NCBI GenBank assembly: GCA_963768215.1
Contig: CAVYHW010000111.1
Span: 1 to 62,972 of the forward strand
Length of the DNA: 62,972 nt
Source of the DNA: an uncultured Gammaproteobacteria bacterium
GTDB taxonomy: Bacteria > Pseudomonadota > Gammaproteobacteria > SZUA-229
Direction of reading: 5' to 3'
Each line of letters starts with the position of its first letter. Within the stretch, counting starts at the first letter, position 1. The notes beneath the pieces are model-generated. The model ran no database searches, was not told the origin of the DNA, and worked only from the letters and a program-made list of their open reading frames with translations. A program made the translations under genes and the position numbers. Of this stretch, positions 1 to 11,306 are shown piece after piece.

Positions 1-859
1 GACCGGCACATAAAGGCGCCGCATGATTACCGGTTTCAATGCCCGAGCCACCCGCCTCGACACCGTACATGGCAACTGATTTATCAGCGAGGAACGGGTG
101 AAACAGGCCAATGGCATTGGAGCCGCCGCCGACACAGGCAACTAGCGCATCAGGCAAACAGTCACACTGCTGCTGCATCTGTGCTTTGGCTTCGCGACCG
201 ATGACTGCCTGGAAGTCACGCACCATTGCCGGGTACGGATGCGGACCGGCCACTGTGCCAATAATATAAAAAGTATCATCGACATTGGTTACCCAGTCGC
301 GCATTGCCTCATTGAGGGCGTCTTTCAAGGTTTTTGAACCTGACTCTACTGGAACCACTTTGGCACCAAGCAGTTTCATACGATACACGTTGGGCGCCTG
401 GCGAACTATATCTTCCGCACCCATATACACCACGCATTCCATACCAAAACGCGCCGCAACAGTTGCGGTTGCAACACCATGCTGACCGGCCCCGGTTTCG
501 GCAATGACGCGTTTTTTGCCCATCATTTTGGCCAGCAAACCCTGGCCAATAGTATTATTAATTTTATGCGCGCCGGTATGATTTAAGTCTTCGCGTTTAA
601 GAAAAATTTGTGCGCCGCCGACTTGCTGTGTCAAACGCTCAGCAAAATATAACGGGCTGGGACGGCCAACATACTGTGCAAGGTCAGCATCAAACTGTGC
701 CTGAAATACCGCATCTGATTTAATGTTCTCATAGGCATCACACAACTCGTCCAGTGCCTGCATTAATGTTTCCGAGGCAAAAATACCGCCGTAAATACCA
801 AAATGCCCATGTTCATCCGGCATAGAGGAGTAATCAATTGCACCCGTTTTATCATTCAT
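1..859 (-). CDS. trpB: Tryptophan synthase beta chain (truncated by window edge)
   Basis: Manual translation from ATG at 859: [25 protein letters not shown]...[16 protein letters not shown]...AETGAGQHG...GPHPYP...[10 protein letters not shown]; lies directly downstream of trpF. Confidence 0.97.
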   Translation of the reverse strand, partial: MNDKTGAIDYSSMPDEHGHFGIYGGIFASETLMQALDELCDAYENIKSDAVFQAQFDADLAQYVGRPSPLYFAERLTQQVGGAQIFLKREDLNHTGAHKINNTIGQGLLAKMMGKKRVIAETGAGQHGVATATVAARFGMECVVYMGAEDIVRQAPNVYRMKLLGAKVVPVESGSKTLKDALNEAMRDWVTNVDDTFYIIGTVAGPHPYPAMVRDFQAVIGREAKAQMQQQCDCLPDALVACVGGGSNAIGLFHPFLADKSVAMYGVEAGGSGIETGNHAAPLCAG

Positions 860-970
860 ACTTTGTCATAACTGTATGTTTATCACTTTAACGCTAATTT
901 ATTCTTACCACATTCCCAGATTACTGCAGCGGCAGAAGTATTCTTAAAAACCAACAGCTTAAAAGTTTTT

Positions 971-1044
971 GCCGCAAAGGACGCGAAAAGCGCAAATAAT
1001 AAAAATCATTTTGTTTTTTTGCGTTATTTTGCGTCCTTTGCGGC
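971..1044. repeat. Periodic palindromic intergenic element (CGCAAAG family)
   Basis: gccgcaaaggacgcgaaaagcgcaaa ... tttgcgttattttgcgtcctttgcggc; related copies at 2878, 7479 and 19391. Confidence 0.8.
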
Positions 1045-1098
1045 TAAATGTTTTTAAACACTTTCACAGCCTGTCCAGCACATCAACGATGCAATACA

Positions 1099-1719
1099 TT
1101 AAACAAGCTGCTGCATAAAAGCAGTCACTTTTTCTTTATCCTTTATACCCGGTGAACTTTCTACACCACTGCTTACATCAACTGCATAAGGACGCACTAT
1201 CTCAATTGCCTGTTTAACATTATCTGCTGTTAAGCCACCCGCCAGCACAACAGGCTTGTTTATCGTAGCGATAGAAGACCAGTCAAAAGTCTCACCAGTG
1301 CCACCGGCTTCGCCCGGTGCATGAGCATCCAGTAATAGCGCTTTTGCAGACTGATATTTTTCTGCGTTGGCGACTAAATAATTAGCATCGTATTCAGCTG
1401 ATTTCATTCCCAGCGCTTTTATATAAGGACGGCCAAACTGCTCACAAAATTCTGCCGACTCACCGCCGTGAAACTGTATCAGGTCGATTTCAACCTGTTT
1501 TAATACAGTATTAATCATCTGCTTTTCAGCATCTTTAAACAGTGCTACACGACTTACAAATGCGGGGACTAGCTGACTAATTTCGGCCGCCTGCGTATTC
1601 GTCACGAAACGCGGGCTTTTTTCATAAAATACCAGCCCTATCGCATCCACACCGGCATCGACAGCAAACTGTGCATCTTCAATCCGGGTAATGCCGCAAA
1701 TTTTAACACGTGTACGCAT
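1099..1719 (-). CDS. trpF: Phosphoribosylanthranilate isomerase
   Basis: VKICGIT, GGTGETFDW, LAGGL, VDVSSGVE motifs; between truA and trpB. Confidence 0.97.
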   Translation of the reverse strand: MRTRVKICGITRIEDAQFAVDAGVDAIGLVFYEKSPRFVTNTQAAEISQLVPAFVSRVALFKDAEKQMINTVLKQVEIDLIQFHGGESAEFCEQFGRPYIKALGMKSAEYDANYLVANAEKYQSAKALLLDAHAPGEAGGTGETFDWSSIATINKPVVLAGGLTADNVKQAIEIVRPYAVDVSSGVESSPGIKDKEKVTAFMQQLV

Positions 1720-1737
1720 AAAAATTCTTCAGTCTTA

Positions 1738-2017
1738 GGGCCTGTTAACACTAATTAAATTGTCACTGTCGGGGCCATTTTTTTGCCCAACAAGACGGAA
1801 AGAGTGAAGTGTAGTCATTCTACTCAAACGATTGACAACGCAGTTGGACGGAAAAATGGCCCCGACCCTTCGGGTTGTGGTTGAAAAAGTGCCACTCAGC
1901 GTTGCTCCTCGTTTATTTGGCCATAATTTACTTGTAATTGCCAAACTGCTCTCCTCGCGCCTTGATTGACACTTTTTCAATCACAACAGTGATAATTTAA
2001 TTAGTGTTAACAGGCCC
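1738..2017. mobile_element. MITE-like non-autonomous element, 280 bp
   Basis: ~32-bp terminal inverted repeats gggcctgttaacactaattaaattgtcactgt / acagtgataatttaattagtgttaacaggccc (1 mismatch), flanked by TA on both sides; two internal hairpins. Confidence 0.85.
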
Positions 2018-2823
2018 TAGTTAAATGTCGGTAACCAGCCACTATCTGGCAGGTCATATTGTTTCGGGTATTCTACATTAACCAGATACAAACCGGCGGC
2101 TGAGGCGGTAATACCGGCACGTTTTCTATCACGACCCTGTAAAATCTCCTGCATCCAGTCTATAGCCTGTTCGCCACGACCAATGACCATCAGGGTTCCC
2201 ATGATGTTTCTTACCATGTGATGCAAGAAAGCATTGGCTTTAATGTCCAGTATTACATAATCCCCTTTTCGTTCGGCACTAATATTTTGCATCAGACGGA
2301 CCGCATGACTGGCCTGGCATTGTGAAGAACGAAAAGCAGAAAAATCATGTTTGCCCAGCAGGTACTGCGCCGCCTGATGCATCGCATGTTCATCAAGATT
2401 TTCAAATGTCCACGCCACATTTTTCTGAAAAACAGCAGAGCGGACTTTGCGGTTAAATATAATATATCGATAACTGCGTGAAATAGCGCTAAAGCGTGCA
2501 CTAAAACTCTCATCTACCTGACGCACCCAGTGCACCGAAATATCACTCGGCAAATTCGTATTGCTGCCTAACACCCAGGCTTTCAATTCACGTTTTGCAG
2601 CCGTGTCAAAATGGACCACCTGGCCGGTAGCATGCACCCCGGTGTCAGTGCGTCCTGCACAGGTCAATCGTATCGGCTCATTGGCCACTTTCGACAGGGC
2701 TTTTTCCAGTTCGCCCTGTACCGTACGGGTACCTGCAGACTGTAACTGGTAACCATTGAACAGGCTTCCGTTGTACTCAATACCCAGTACTATTCTATTC
2801 CGGGCTATTTTTTGTTTAATCAT
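2017..2823 (-). CDS. truA: tRNA pseudouridine(38-40) synthase
   Basis: CAGRTDTGVHA, HDFSAFRS, ANAFLHHMVRNI motifs; ATG at 2823 preferred over the TTG at 2856. Confidence 0.96.
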   Translation of the reverse strand: MIKQKIARNRIVLGIEYNGSLFNGYQLQSAGTRTVQGELEKALSKVANEPIRLTCAGRTDTGVHATGQVVHFDTAAKRELKAWVLGSNTNLPSDISVHWVRQVDESFSARFSAISRSYRYIIFNRKVRSAVFQKNVAWTFENLDEHAMHQAAQYLLGKHDFSAFRSSQCQASHAVRLMQNISAERKGDYVILDIKANAFLHHMVRNIMGTLMVIGRGEQAIDWMQEILQGRDRKRAGITASAAGLYLVNVEYPKQYDLPDSGWLPTFN

Positions 2824-2877
2824 ATGAACATGCTTTTTTATACAATAAAGACACAATAGACACTTAAAAACAACTGC

Positions 2878-2964
2878 TTTTGCCGCAAAGAACGCTAAGA
2901 GCGCCAGGAAAAACTTTCTTTAGGTTCTTAACGATTCGCGTCATTTGCATTATTTGCGGCAAAA
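2878..2964. repeat. Periodic palindromic intergenic element (CGCAAAG family)
   Basis: ttttgccgcaaagaacgctaagagcgcc ... ttcgcgtcatttgcattatttgcggcaaaa. Confidence 0.7.
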
Positions 2965-3031
2965 AAACGCTGTGCCAAAAGCGTCTCCATGTATCAATAT
3001 GAAACTTTTATAGCAATAATATAAGTGCAAT

Positions 3032-3064
3032 AAAAAACGCCAGCCCTTTATCAGGCTGGCGTTT
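3032..3064 (-). terminator. Rho-independent terminator after fimV
   Basis: Minus strand AAACGCCAGCC-tgataaag-GGCTGGCGTTTTTT, about 30 nt after the fimV stop. Confidence 0.8.
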
Positions 3065-3093
3065 GCTATTTTACAGTAATTATAAAAACAGGG

Positions 3094-6000
3094 TTAAGCC
3101 AGTTTTGCCATCAGCTCACTGGCTTCCTGTTTTTGTTCATCATTACCATCAAGCAAAACTTCTTCAAGAATACCTCGTGTACCTTCAGTGTCTCCCATAT
3201 CAAGATATGCACGAGCTAAATCAAGTTTCGTACTGATTTCATCAATGTCACCGAGGCTGGACAAATCGAAATCATCTTCTTCCAGTTCATCCTCTGCCAG
3301 AGTATCGTTTGCTGCTACATCTGCTTCGATCTCATCCATGGCTTCAATTTCGTCCATGTCCAGTGAATCAATATCAACTTCATCTGACAGGTCTAATAAA
3401 ACTTCTTCTTCCTCTTCTGGTTCGGGCTCGGCTTCTGCTTTGACTTCAGAGGCATCAACACCAGTTTCAGTTTCCAGACCGAAATCCATCTCTACATCTT
3501 CCAGGCTGTCATCCGTTATTTCGTCTGCGGCTTCAGCTGCATCCGGTCCAGTATCAATATCAGCTAAATCCAGTCTTTCTTCCAGGCTTTCTTCATTAGC
3601 CTCTGACTCAATATCTGTCACATTCTCTGTTTCATCGAGTTCACCAATGTCCAGTTCAGACTCGTCGATGTCGAGTGAAAACTCATCTTCCGTCGCCGAA
3701 ATTTCTTCAATATCACCAGTATCACTTAAATCAAACTCAAGCTCATCAGCCCCTTCTTCAGACGACATGCCTGCAGACAGTGCTTCTTCAGTTTCAGAAA
3801 TTTGTGTTGAATCATCAGCATCTAAATCCGGCAATTCAAGTGACTCTTCATCCAGTTCTGAATCTTCCATAGCTGAAATATCCAGCACTGAATCGTCCAT
3901 TTCTGAATCCAGATCTGATATAACGCCAGTATCTTCAGCATCCATTGCTTCATCGTCATTCAAACTCAAATCTGATTCCATTGATGGTATCGCTGGTGCA
4001 GACGACTCCACTTCAAGGTCATCACCTATGGCACCCTGGAACATCGGCTCTTCAGCACACAGGTCGTGCCCCATCACCAATATTTTTTTCCATTCTGGTG
4101 AATTTTCACTATCTACACGCTGCTTTATTTGAGTGGCAGTTTCGATAAAGCCACCTGCATTTTTACTTGCGTAATGTGTCTCTGCGAGTTTTATCCGATA
4201 TTCAACACGATCTGGATTTTCACTAATAGCCTTAGTCAGCAATTCTTCTGCCTGCTGATAAATACCATAAGCCAGGTAAACATCGGCTTCAGCAATAACA
4301 TCATCACGAAGTTCATCTTTTTCAACTTCAGAGGAAGCTTCTGCTTCACTGGTAATCGTATCTTCACCTGAAGCTAAATCAGGTTCGCCGACTGGGGTCT
4401 CTTCACCTTCCAGGATCAGCTCGTCTGTAAGAGATTCGCCTTCTACCTCATCCTGCACTTGTGCACCCGCGGCAGCCTCTGGAATTTCATCAGCAGCATT
4501 CTCAGCCAGAACTTCAAGATTGTCGAAACCACTGGCCGTGTTGGGTACTGCTGCTTTTCGACGTTTAATAATTAGTCCGATCAATGCGGCAATCAGTAAC
4601 AGGCTGCCACCTGCCGTAGCCAGCCGTACCGGATCATTAAGAAATTGTGTTAATAAATCGACCGGTTGAGGCTCAGAGGAAACAGTATCCACTGCTGGCT
4701 GTGCAGTTTCTGATATTCCAGCCATGTTTTCATCTTGCTGGTTTTTATCAAACTGACCTGCCTCTTCACCTTGCTCATATACTTCATCGGTGAAAACATT
4801 ATCCACACCAGGCTCTTCACTAGCGTCTTCTTCGCCAATCTGTTCATCTGCCCTGCCCTCAATGGTGCCAGGCTCAACGGCGTCAGGCTCCACAGATTCA
4901 GTATCAGTAGCAGCCTGATCCAGCATTTCATCAGTTACTGCTTCATCAGCTACTGTTTCAACGGTCTCTCCTTCAACTGGTAAATTCAGCGATTGAACCC
5001 GAGATAATTCTTCATCCTCGATAGACAACATGCCTTTCATTTTTTCTGCATGTTGCTCAAGTACGTTTACTCTTTTTTGAAGCGCTTCCTTTTCAACACG
5101 TTCGGTTTCAACCTGTTCCCTTGCTAGCGACAGTTCGGCGCGAAGTTCCCGTGCTGTCATATTCGCCGGATCTTTTCCACTCATGCTTGAGCTACCGGTA
5201 CCTGCACTGACAATCTCTAAATAGGCATCCTCGCCTGTAGCACTGGCACTGGCGCCAGCCCCATCTGTAGCATCACTCCTCGATGAGTCTGTTTCCATTG
5301 CAGAGGTAGCCTGGCCACCTGCCTGAGACTGTTGATATTGACGCCAAAGGGCCGCCTGCTCTCGAACCATGGCGCGTGCATCTTCAACACTTATAGCGGT
5401 GATCTGATCATAATCAGGCACACGCAATATGTAACCTCGTTTTAAACCATTAACATTTTCATTAATGAAAGACTCCGGATTGGCCCGCAGCATTGCAATC
5501 ATCATTTGCTGAACAGAGATGCTCTGGTCCGGTCGCATGGCATCCGCCAGACTCCAGGCCGTATCTCCCTGCTTAACTCGATAACTGCCGGCTGGCTGGT
5601 TAATCGGTGTTTGTTGCTGCACCACCGGCGCCGGGATAAAAGTTGATGTCTCCGATGGCCACGGACCAGCTTGCTGCACAGGTGAAACCGGGGCCTGTTC
5701 TGTCGCCAGCCCCATCGCCGGTCTGGATGAAATCGTTGCAGCTGGCGCTATAACTGGAATAACATTGCTGGATCCAGTAGAAGAAGGTCGAAATCCGGAG
5801 TCCTCAGCAGTTGCTACAGGAGCCGTAGCGGTACTGGCTGATTGCGTCATAAACACCGGTGGATCCAGTAACACGGTATATTCACGCAACAAATGGCCAT
5901 TTGGCCAGTCAACTTCAACCAGAAAATTTAAAAAAGGCTCACGTATAGGCACCCCTGAAGAAACCTTGATATAGGGGATATCATTAATTACTTGAGCTTT

Positions 6001-6255
6001 AAAACGTAAATCATTGAGTGAATAAGGGCGATCTAAACCCGCGCGTAAAAACTCCTTGCGAGAAGCCAGTTTGATAATGATGTTTTCAGTATCTTCTGGA
6101 GTGGCCGACAATAGTTCGATATCAGCATTTAATTTCTGATTAAGTACAGAACTGACCTCAATTTCACCTAAACCCAGGGTAAACCCTGTATGAGGTAAAA
6201 ATAAGGCTGCTGCGACTACGCTTGCAAGTAATTTACGTGATGGCAATTTACACAC
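3094..6255 (-). CDS. fimV: FimV/HubP polar landmark protein
   Basis: N-terminal LGLGEIEVSSVLNQKL, REYTVLLDPP, LysM (YRVKQGDTAWSLA), one TM, very acidic region, C-terminal TKLDLARAYLDMGD; asd-fimV-truA synteny. Confidence 0.93.
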   Translation of the reverse strand: MCKLPSRKLLASVVAAALFLPHTGFTLGLGEIEVSSVLNQKLNADIELLSATPEDTENIIIKLASRKEFLRAGLDRPYSLNDLRFKAQVINDIPYIKVSSGVPIREPFLNFLVEVDWPNGHLLREYTVLLDPPVFMTQSASTATAPVATAEDSGFRPSSTGSSNVIPVIAPAATISSRPAMGLATEQAPVSPVQQAGPWPSETSTFIPAPVVQQQTPINQPAGSYRVKQGDTAWSLADAMRPDQSISVQQMMIAMLRANPESFINENVNGLKRGYILRVPDYDQITAISVEDARAMVREQAALWRQYQQSQAGGQATSAMETDSSRSDATDGAGASASATGEDAYLEIVSAGTGSSSMSGKDPANMTARELRAELSLAREQVETERVEKEALQKRVNVLEQHAEKMKGMLSIEDEELSRVQSLNLPVEGETVETVADEAVTDEMLDQAATDTESVEPDAVEPGTIEGRADEQIGEEDASEEPGVDNVFTDEVYEQGEEAGQFDKNQQDENMAGISETAQPAVDTVSSEPQPVDLLTQFLNDPVRLATAGGSLLLIAALIGLIIKRRKAAVPNTASGFDNLEVLAENAADEIPEAAAGAQVQDEVEGESLTDELILEGEETPVGEPDLASGEDTITSEAEASSEVEKDELRDDVIAEADVYLAYGIYQQAEELLTKAISENPDRVEYRIKLAETHYASKNAGGFIETATQIKQRVDSENSPEWKKILVMGHDLCAEEPMFQGAIGDDLEVESSAPAIPSMESDLSLNDDEAMDAEDTGVISDLDSEMDDSVLDISAMEDSELDEESLELPDLDADDSTQISETEEALSAGMSSEEGADELEFDLSDTGDIEEISATEDEFSLDIDESELDIGELDETENVTDIESEANEESLEERLDLADIDTGPDAAEAADEITDDSLEDVEMDFGLETETGVDASEVKAEAEPEPEEEEEVLLDLSDEVDIDSLDMDEIEAMDEIEADVAANDTLAEDELEEDDFDLSSLGDIDEISTKLDLARAYLDMGDTEGTRGILEEVLLDGNDEQKQEASELMAKLA

Positions 6256-6421
6256 TGGTGAGACCCCTATTTGTCCTGTTGCCGCCTGCCCCCTTGTTTC
6301 AACTCAGATACATCGAAAACAGGTTTCAACTATAGTTTATTCTTATTTTTCAACTTTAAATGCTGATTCATTATCAACATACATTAATAACATACTTTAT
6401 GTATGCAAACTTAACTATAGA

Positions 6422-7444
6422 TTATAAATATTGATTTATCAAAATCTCAGCAATTTGCACACTATTTAATGCCGCCCCTTTACGCACATTGTCTGACACC
6501 ACCCACATATTCAGTCCTTTTTCATGAGAAATGTCTTCGCGAATTCGGCCCACATAAGTAGCATCATTATTGGCGCCTTCGGTTACCGCAGTGGGATAAC
6601 CGCCATCTTCACGTTTATCCAGCACCTGAACACCGTCGGCTTTTGATAATAATTCAGTGGCCTGTTCAGCCGTGATTTTTTCTCCAGTTTCAATATGCAC
6701 GGCTTCTGAATGACCATAGAAAACAGGCACACGAACGGCGGTAGGATTGACCATAATGGCCTCATCTTCAAAAATTTTACGCGTTTCCCACACCATTTTC
6801 ATTTCTTCTTTGGTGTAACCATTTTCCAGGAAAACATCAATCTGCGGCAGCACATTAAAAGCAATCTGTTTTGGGTAAACTTCACAGGTGATCGGTTTCG
6901 CATTAAGCAACCTTGCGGTCTGACCAGCCAGCTCCTCAATTGCCTCTTTACCGGTACCCGATACCGCCTGATAGGTTGCGACATTAATGCGCTTTATGCC
7001 TACAGCATCATAAATGGGTTTCAGCGCAACCAGCATTTGAATAGTGGAGCAGTTAGGATTGGCTATGATTCCCCGAGTTTTGTAATCTGCGATGGCATGA
7101 GGGTTTACCTCTGGAACCACCAGCGGAATATCAACATCATAACGAAACTGTGAGGTGTTATCGATAACCACACAACCGGCGGCCGCAGCTATTGGTGCAT
7201 ACTTTTCTGAAATAGATGCGCCAGCAGAAAACAGGCCGATTTGCGCTTTTGAAAAATCAAACTTGTCCAGATCCTGCACCACCAGCATTTTGTCACCAAA
7301 CTCAACACGTTTACCCTCTGAGCGGCTGCTCGCCAAAGCATAAATTTCGCCCACAGGAAACTTACGTTCCGCCAGAATAGACAGCATGGTTTCACCAACG
7401 GCGCCGGTAGCGCCAACCACTGCAACATTATATTTTTTACTCAT
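6422..7444 (-). CDS. asd: Aspartate-semialdehyde dehydrogenase
   Basis: GATGAVG, IIANPNCSTIQ, SDNVRKGAALN. Confidence 0.98.
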   Translation of the reverse strand: MSKKYNVAVVGATGAVGETMLSILAERKFPVGEIYALASSRSEGKRVEFGDKMLVVQDLDKFDFSKAQIGLFSAGASISEKYAPIAAAAGCVVIDNTSQFRYDVDIPLVVPEVNPHAIADYKTRGIIANPNCSTIQMLVALKPIYDAVGIKRINVATYQAVSGTGKEAIEELAGQTARLLNAKPITCEVYPKQIAFNVLPQIDVFLENGYTKEEMKMVWETRKIFEDEAIMVNPTAVRVPVFYGHSEAVHIETGEKITAEQATELLSKADGVQVLDKREDGGYPTAVTEGANNDATYVGRIREDISHEKGLNMWVVSDNVRKGAALNSVQIAEILINQYL

Positions 7445-7478
7445 AACTTGCTTTCACTTAAAAAATTAAAATCATTTT

Positions 7479-7580
7479 GCCGCAAAAGACGCAAAGATCG
7501 CAAAGAAAAACTTATAATTCGTTGCATCACCTACGGCGCTGTCATTAAACAAACTTTGCGCACTTTGCGTTTTTTGCGGC
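7479..7580. repeat. Periodic palindromic intergenic element (CGCAAAG family)
   Basis: gccgcaaaagacgcaaagatcgcaaag ... ctttgcgcactttgcgttttttgcggc. Confidence 0.8.
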
Positions 7581-7588
7581 TAATATTC

Positions 7589-8662
7589 TTACAACTCAGC
7601 CAGTACTGCTTCACCCATTTCTTCTGTACCGACTTCTTTACAACCTTGCGCCATAATGTCCGCAGTACGCAGGCCTTTATCAAGCACGCGGCCAACTGCT
7701 GCTTCAATCTCATCCGCCAGGTCTGCGTGGTCCAGGCTGTAACGCAACATCATGGCTACGGATAAAATGGTTGCCAGCGGATTAGCCACACCTTTACCTG
7801 CAATATCAGGCGCAGAACCGTGAATCGGCTCATACATACCTTTAGCATTTGCATCCAGTGAAGCAGATGGCAACATACCTATAGAACCGGTCAGCATCGC
7901 GGCCGCATCCGATAAAATATCACCAAACATATTCTTGGTCACCATCACGTCAAACTGTTTTGGCCATTTCACTAACTGCATGGCAGCGTTATCCACATAC
8001 ATGTGGCTCAGTTCAACTTCGGGATAATCTCTGGCATTCCTGGTCACCACTTCACGCCACAGTTCTGATACTTCCAGAACATTGGCTTTATCGACAGAAC
8101 ACAGGCGTTTGTTGCGCTTCATCGCAATATCAAAAGCTACACGACCAATTCGCTCAATTTCACTTTCTTTGTAAACCAGCGTGTTAAAACCCTTACGCTC
8201 ACCGTCAGCACCGGTTTCAATACCACGGGGTTCGCCAAAATAAATGCCGCCGGTTAATTCACGCACAATCATAATATCCAGACCGGCCACTACTTCTGCT
8301 TTTAGCGAAGACGCATCGGCCAGTTGCGGATATAAAATAGCCGGGCGTAAATTTGCAAACAGCTCTAGTTCAGAACGCAGTGCAAGCAGACCGCGCTCAG
8401 GGCGAAGTTCACGCGGCAGTTCATCATATTGCAGGCCGCCAATAGCACCAAATAAAATCGCATCAGAAGACTTTGCCAGCGCCAGTGTTTCATCAGGCAG
8501 AGGTTTGCCTGCTGCATCATAACCGGCGCCACCCACAGGCGCCTCACTCAAATCAACATCAAGACGACCGCTGTTTTTATAGTGCTTTAGAATCTTGACT
8601 GCTTCTGCAATAATTTCTATACCAATGCCATCACCCGGCATCACCGCAATTTTCAAACTCAT
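7589..8662 (-). CDS. leuB: 3-isopropylmalate dehydrogenase
   Basis: [38 protein letters not shown]. Confidence 0.98.
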   Translation of the reverse strand: MSLKIAVMPGDGIGIEIIAEAVKILKHYKNSGRLDVDLSEAPVGGAGYDAAGKPLPDETLALAKSSDAILFGAIGGLQYDELPRELRPERGLLALRSELELFANLRPAILYPQLADASSLKAEVVAGLDIMIVRELTGGIYFGEPRGIETGADGERKGFNTLVYKESEIERIGRVAFDIAMKRNKRLCSVDKANVLEVSELWREVVTRNARDYPEVELSHMYVDNAAMQLVKWPKQFDVMVTKNMFGDILSDAAAMLTGSIGMLPSASLDANAKGMYEPIHGSAPDIAGKGVANPLATILSVAMMLRYSLDHADLADEIEAAVGRVLDKGLRTADIMAQGCKEVGTEEMGEAVLAEL

Positions 8663-8754
8663 GTTTCTCTCTAAATTTTGCCCTAAAAAGATGGTGGGTA
8701 ATTATACGCTAATTTATAGGTTCACTATAAGATCAAAATAAGATCAAAAACCTT

Positions 8755-8859
8755 TTTCACCACAGAGGCACAGAGTACACAGAGGTTTTTATTGTTTGTG
8801 CTTTGCACAAACAACATCAACAAGTTTTTCTCTGTGCCCTCTGTGCCTCTGTGGTGAAA
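8755..8859. repeat. Periodic palindromic intergenic element (CACAGAG family)
   Basis: tttcaccacagaggcacagagtacacagag ... ctctgtgccctctgtgcctctgtggtgaaa; near-identical arms at 40634-40747. Confidence 0.85.
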
Positions 8860-8869
8860 TCTTTTTGTT

Positions 8870-9505
8870 TTAAAACAACCAGGGCGCAGTCTGTCTTCTT
8901 TTTTCTTCGTAGGCTTTTATTTCATCCGCATGCTGCAAGGTTAAGCCGATATCATCCAGGCCGTTTAACATGCAGTGTTTACGAAACTCGTCAATTTCAA
9001 AAGACGCTATTGTTTCACCTTCACAACTGACCGTTTGCGCATCAAGATCAATTGAAAGTTCCAGCCCACGATTCGCTGATACACGATTAAATAACTGATC
9101 AACAATAGCTGCCTCCAGAGCAATGGGCAACAGGCCATTTTTAAAACTGTTATTAAAGAAAATATCAGCAAAACTCGGCGCAATCACCGCGCGAAAACCA
9201 AAATCATCCAGCGCCCATACCGCATGCTCACGTGATGAACCGCAACCAAAATTTTCACGCGCCAGCAAGATCGTTGCTTTATCATACGGTGACTGGTTGA
9301 GAACGAAATCTGGATTTACCCTGCGAGCAGCATTATCAATATCGGGACCACCTTCATCAAGGTAGCGCCAGTCATCAAAAGCATTCGGGCCAAAACCTGA
9401 ACGCTTAATCGATTTCAAAAATTGTTTAGGAATAATCGCATCGGTGTCAATATTCGGTCGATCCAGCGGCGCTACTATGCCAGTGTGTTTTGTAAAAGCC
9501 TGCAT
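8870..9505 (-). CDS. leuD: 3-isopropylmalate dehydratase small subunit
   Basis: [24 protein letters not shown]. Confidence 0.98.
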   Translation of the reverse strand: MQAFTKHTGIVAPLDRPNIDTDAIIPKQFLKSIKRSGFGPNAFDDWRYLDEGGPDIDNAARRVNPDFVLNQSPYDKATILLARENFGCGSSREHAVWALDDFGFRAVIAPSFADIFFNNSFKNGLLPIALEAAIVDQLFNRVSANRGLELSIDLDAQTVSCEGETIASFEIDEFRKHCMLNGLDDIGLTLQHADEIKAYEEKRRQTAPWLF

Positions 9506-10929
9506 TATTTTGCTGCCTCACTATATAAGCTTGTGATATCAATAAAGTGTCCATGCACCGCTGCCGCTGCCGCCATGGCAGGACTCACTAAATGTGTACG
9601 GCCACCCTGCCCCTGTCTGCCTTCAAAATTACGATTTGAGGTTGAAGCGCAACGCTCACCTGGTTCGAGGCGATCAGCATTCATCGCAAGACACATAGAA
9701 CAACCCGGTTCACGCCATTCAAAGCCGGCATTGATAAAGATCGTATCCAGGCCTTCTTTCTCCGCCTGTTTTTTTACCAGCCCAGAGCCCGGAACGACCA
9801 TGGCGAGTTTGACGTTATCAGCAACTTTATTACCCTCAGCAATTTTCGCCGCTTCACGTAAATCTTCTATACGTGAGTTGGTACATGAGCCAATAAATAC
9901 TTTATCTACTGCTATTTTGTTTATTGGCGTACCCGCCTCAAGCCCCATATAAGCCAGCGCCTTACGCATTCCATCAGCTTTTACCTTATCGCTTACCTCA
10001 TCAGGATCCGGCACAGCCGAAGCAATATCCACAACCATTTCGGGCGATGTGCCCCAGGTAACCTGTGGTTTAATGTCTTTTGCATTCAGCTGAACGACCT
10101 TATCAAAATGCGCTCCCTCATCAGTGTGCAAAGTAGACCAGTAAGCCTCTGCTCTTTGTAAAACACCACCCACTGGCGAATAGGGACGACCTTTTACATA
10201 ATCCATCGTTGTCTGATCGACAGCCACCATACCGGCACGCGCACCTGCTTCGATGGCCATATTGCAAACAGTCATACGCCCTTCCATCGATAATGCCCGG
10301 ATCGCATCACCGGCAAACTCAATCGCATAACCCGTACCACCGGCAGTGCCAATTTGACCAATGATTGCCAGTACAATATCTTTTGCCGTCACGCCCCGGT
10401 GCGCTTCACCATCGACTGAAACCAGCATATTCATACTTTTATTTTGCATCAGGCACTGGGTCGCCAGCACATGTTCAACTTCTGAAGTGCCAATGCCAAA
10501 CGCCAGAGCGCCAAACGCACCATGTGTTGAAGTATGTGAATCACCGCATACTACCGTCATTCCAGGCAAGGTCGCCCCCTGTTCAGGACCTATCACATGT
10601 ACTATGCCCTGACGTTCATCAGACATATCAAATTCGGTCAAACCAAATTCTGTGCAATTATTGTCCAGTGTTTCAACCTGCAGTTTTGCAACCGGATCTA
10701 AAATACCCTGGCTGCGGTCAGTCGTGGGTACATTATGATCTGGAACCGCGACAATTGAACTGCTGCGCCACGGCTGGCGTCCAGCCAAACGCAAACCTTC
10801 AAATGCCTGTGGCGAAGTCACTTCATGCACCAGATGACGGTCGATATACAATAAGGCGGTACCATCTTTTTCGCTACGCACCACATGGTCATGCCATAAT
10901 TTATCATATAGGGTTTTTGCGTTATTCAT
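9505..10929 (-). CDS. leuC: 3-isopropylmalate dehydratase large subunit
   Basis: [51 protein letters not shown]. Confidence 0.98.
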   Translation of the reverse strand: MNNAKTLYDKLWHDHVVRSEKDGTALLYIDRHLVHEVTSPQAFEGLRLAGRQPWRSSSIVAVPDHNVPTTDRSQGILDPVAKLQVETLDNNCTEFGLTEFDMSDERQGIVHVIGPEQGATLPGMTVVCGDSHTSTHGAFGALAFGIGTSEVEHVLATQCLMQNKSMNMLVSVDGEAHRGVTAKDIVLAIIGQIGTAGGTGYAIEFAGDAIRALSMEGRMTVCNMAIEAGARAGMVAVDQTTMDYVKGRPYSPVGGVLQRAEAYWSTLHTDEGAHFDKVVQLNAKDIKPQVTWGTSPEMVVDIASAVPDPDEVSDKVKADGMRKALAYMGLEAGTPINKIAVDKVFIGSCTNSRIEDLREAAKIAEGNKVADNVKLAMVVPGSGLVKKQAEKEGLDTIFINAGFEWREPGCSMCLAMNADRLEPGERCASTSNRNFEGRQGQGGRTHLVSPAMAAAAAVHGHFIDITSLYSEAAK

Positions 10930-10980
10930 ATGAAACTCTTTGTTGATTACTCTGTGTTATTGCCAGGTTTATTGTCTGTA

Positions 10981-11115
10981 TCATCTACCGAAATAAGCCA
11001 TAATGCTGGCTTTGGCAATCTGCCCCTGGACATCCGAACTACCAGGATAAAAACCTCCCGCCAGCGCATCCGTTGTTAACAGAAGTAACACCGTTAAAAC
11101 TAAATTTTTAAACAT
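10981..11115 (-). CDS. Small ORF (44 aa) upstream of leuC, Leu-rich or signal-peptide-like
   Basis: Manual translation MFKNLVLTVLLLLTTDALAGGFYPGSSDVQGQIAKASIMAYFGR*; GAGG 7 nt upstream; below the ORF-track size cutoff. Confidence 0.5.
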   Translation of the reverse strand: MFKNLVLTVLLLLTTDALAGGFYPGSSDVQGQIAKASIMAYFGR

Positions 11116-11306
11116 GCTGTTGCCTCTCATTATTTCAGACCACTTTCAAGAAAATCAATTATCACGTTGCAAGATTAGTATTATTTAATATATAAAACAA
11201 ATTCATTATTATTATAATACTAATTACTTTTAGTTATATATGAAATATACTTTTCTATAAGAAATTTATTTAACATTGTCATTGCAATGACGAGTGAAAA
11301 CAAGCA

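Noticed and set aside
1735-1980. 81-aa ORF between truA and trpF (and the 73-aa ORF at 35408-35629)
   Set aside because: They lie within or across MITEs and show no transposase motifs
3188-4132. 314-aa Ser-rich plus-strand ORF
   Set aside because: Antisense shadow of the Asp/Glu-rich fimV region
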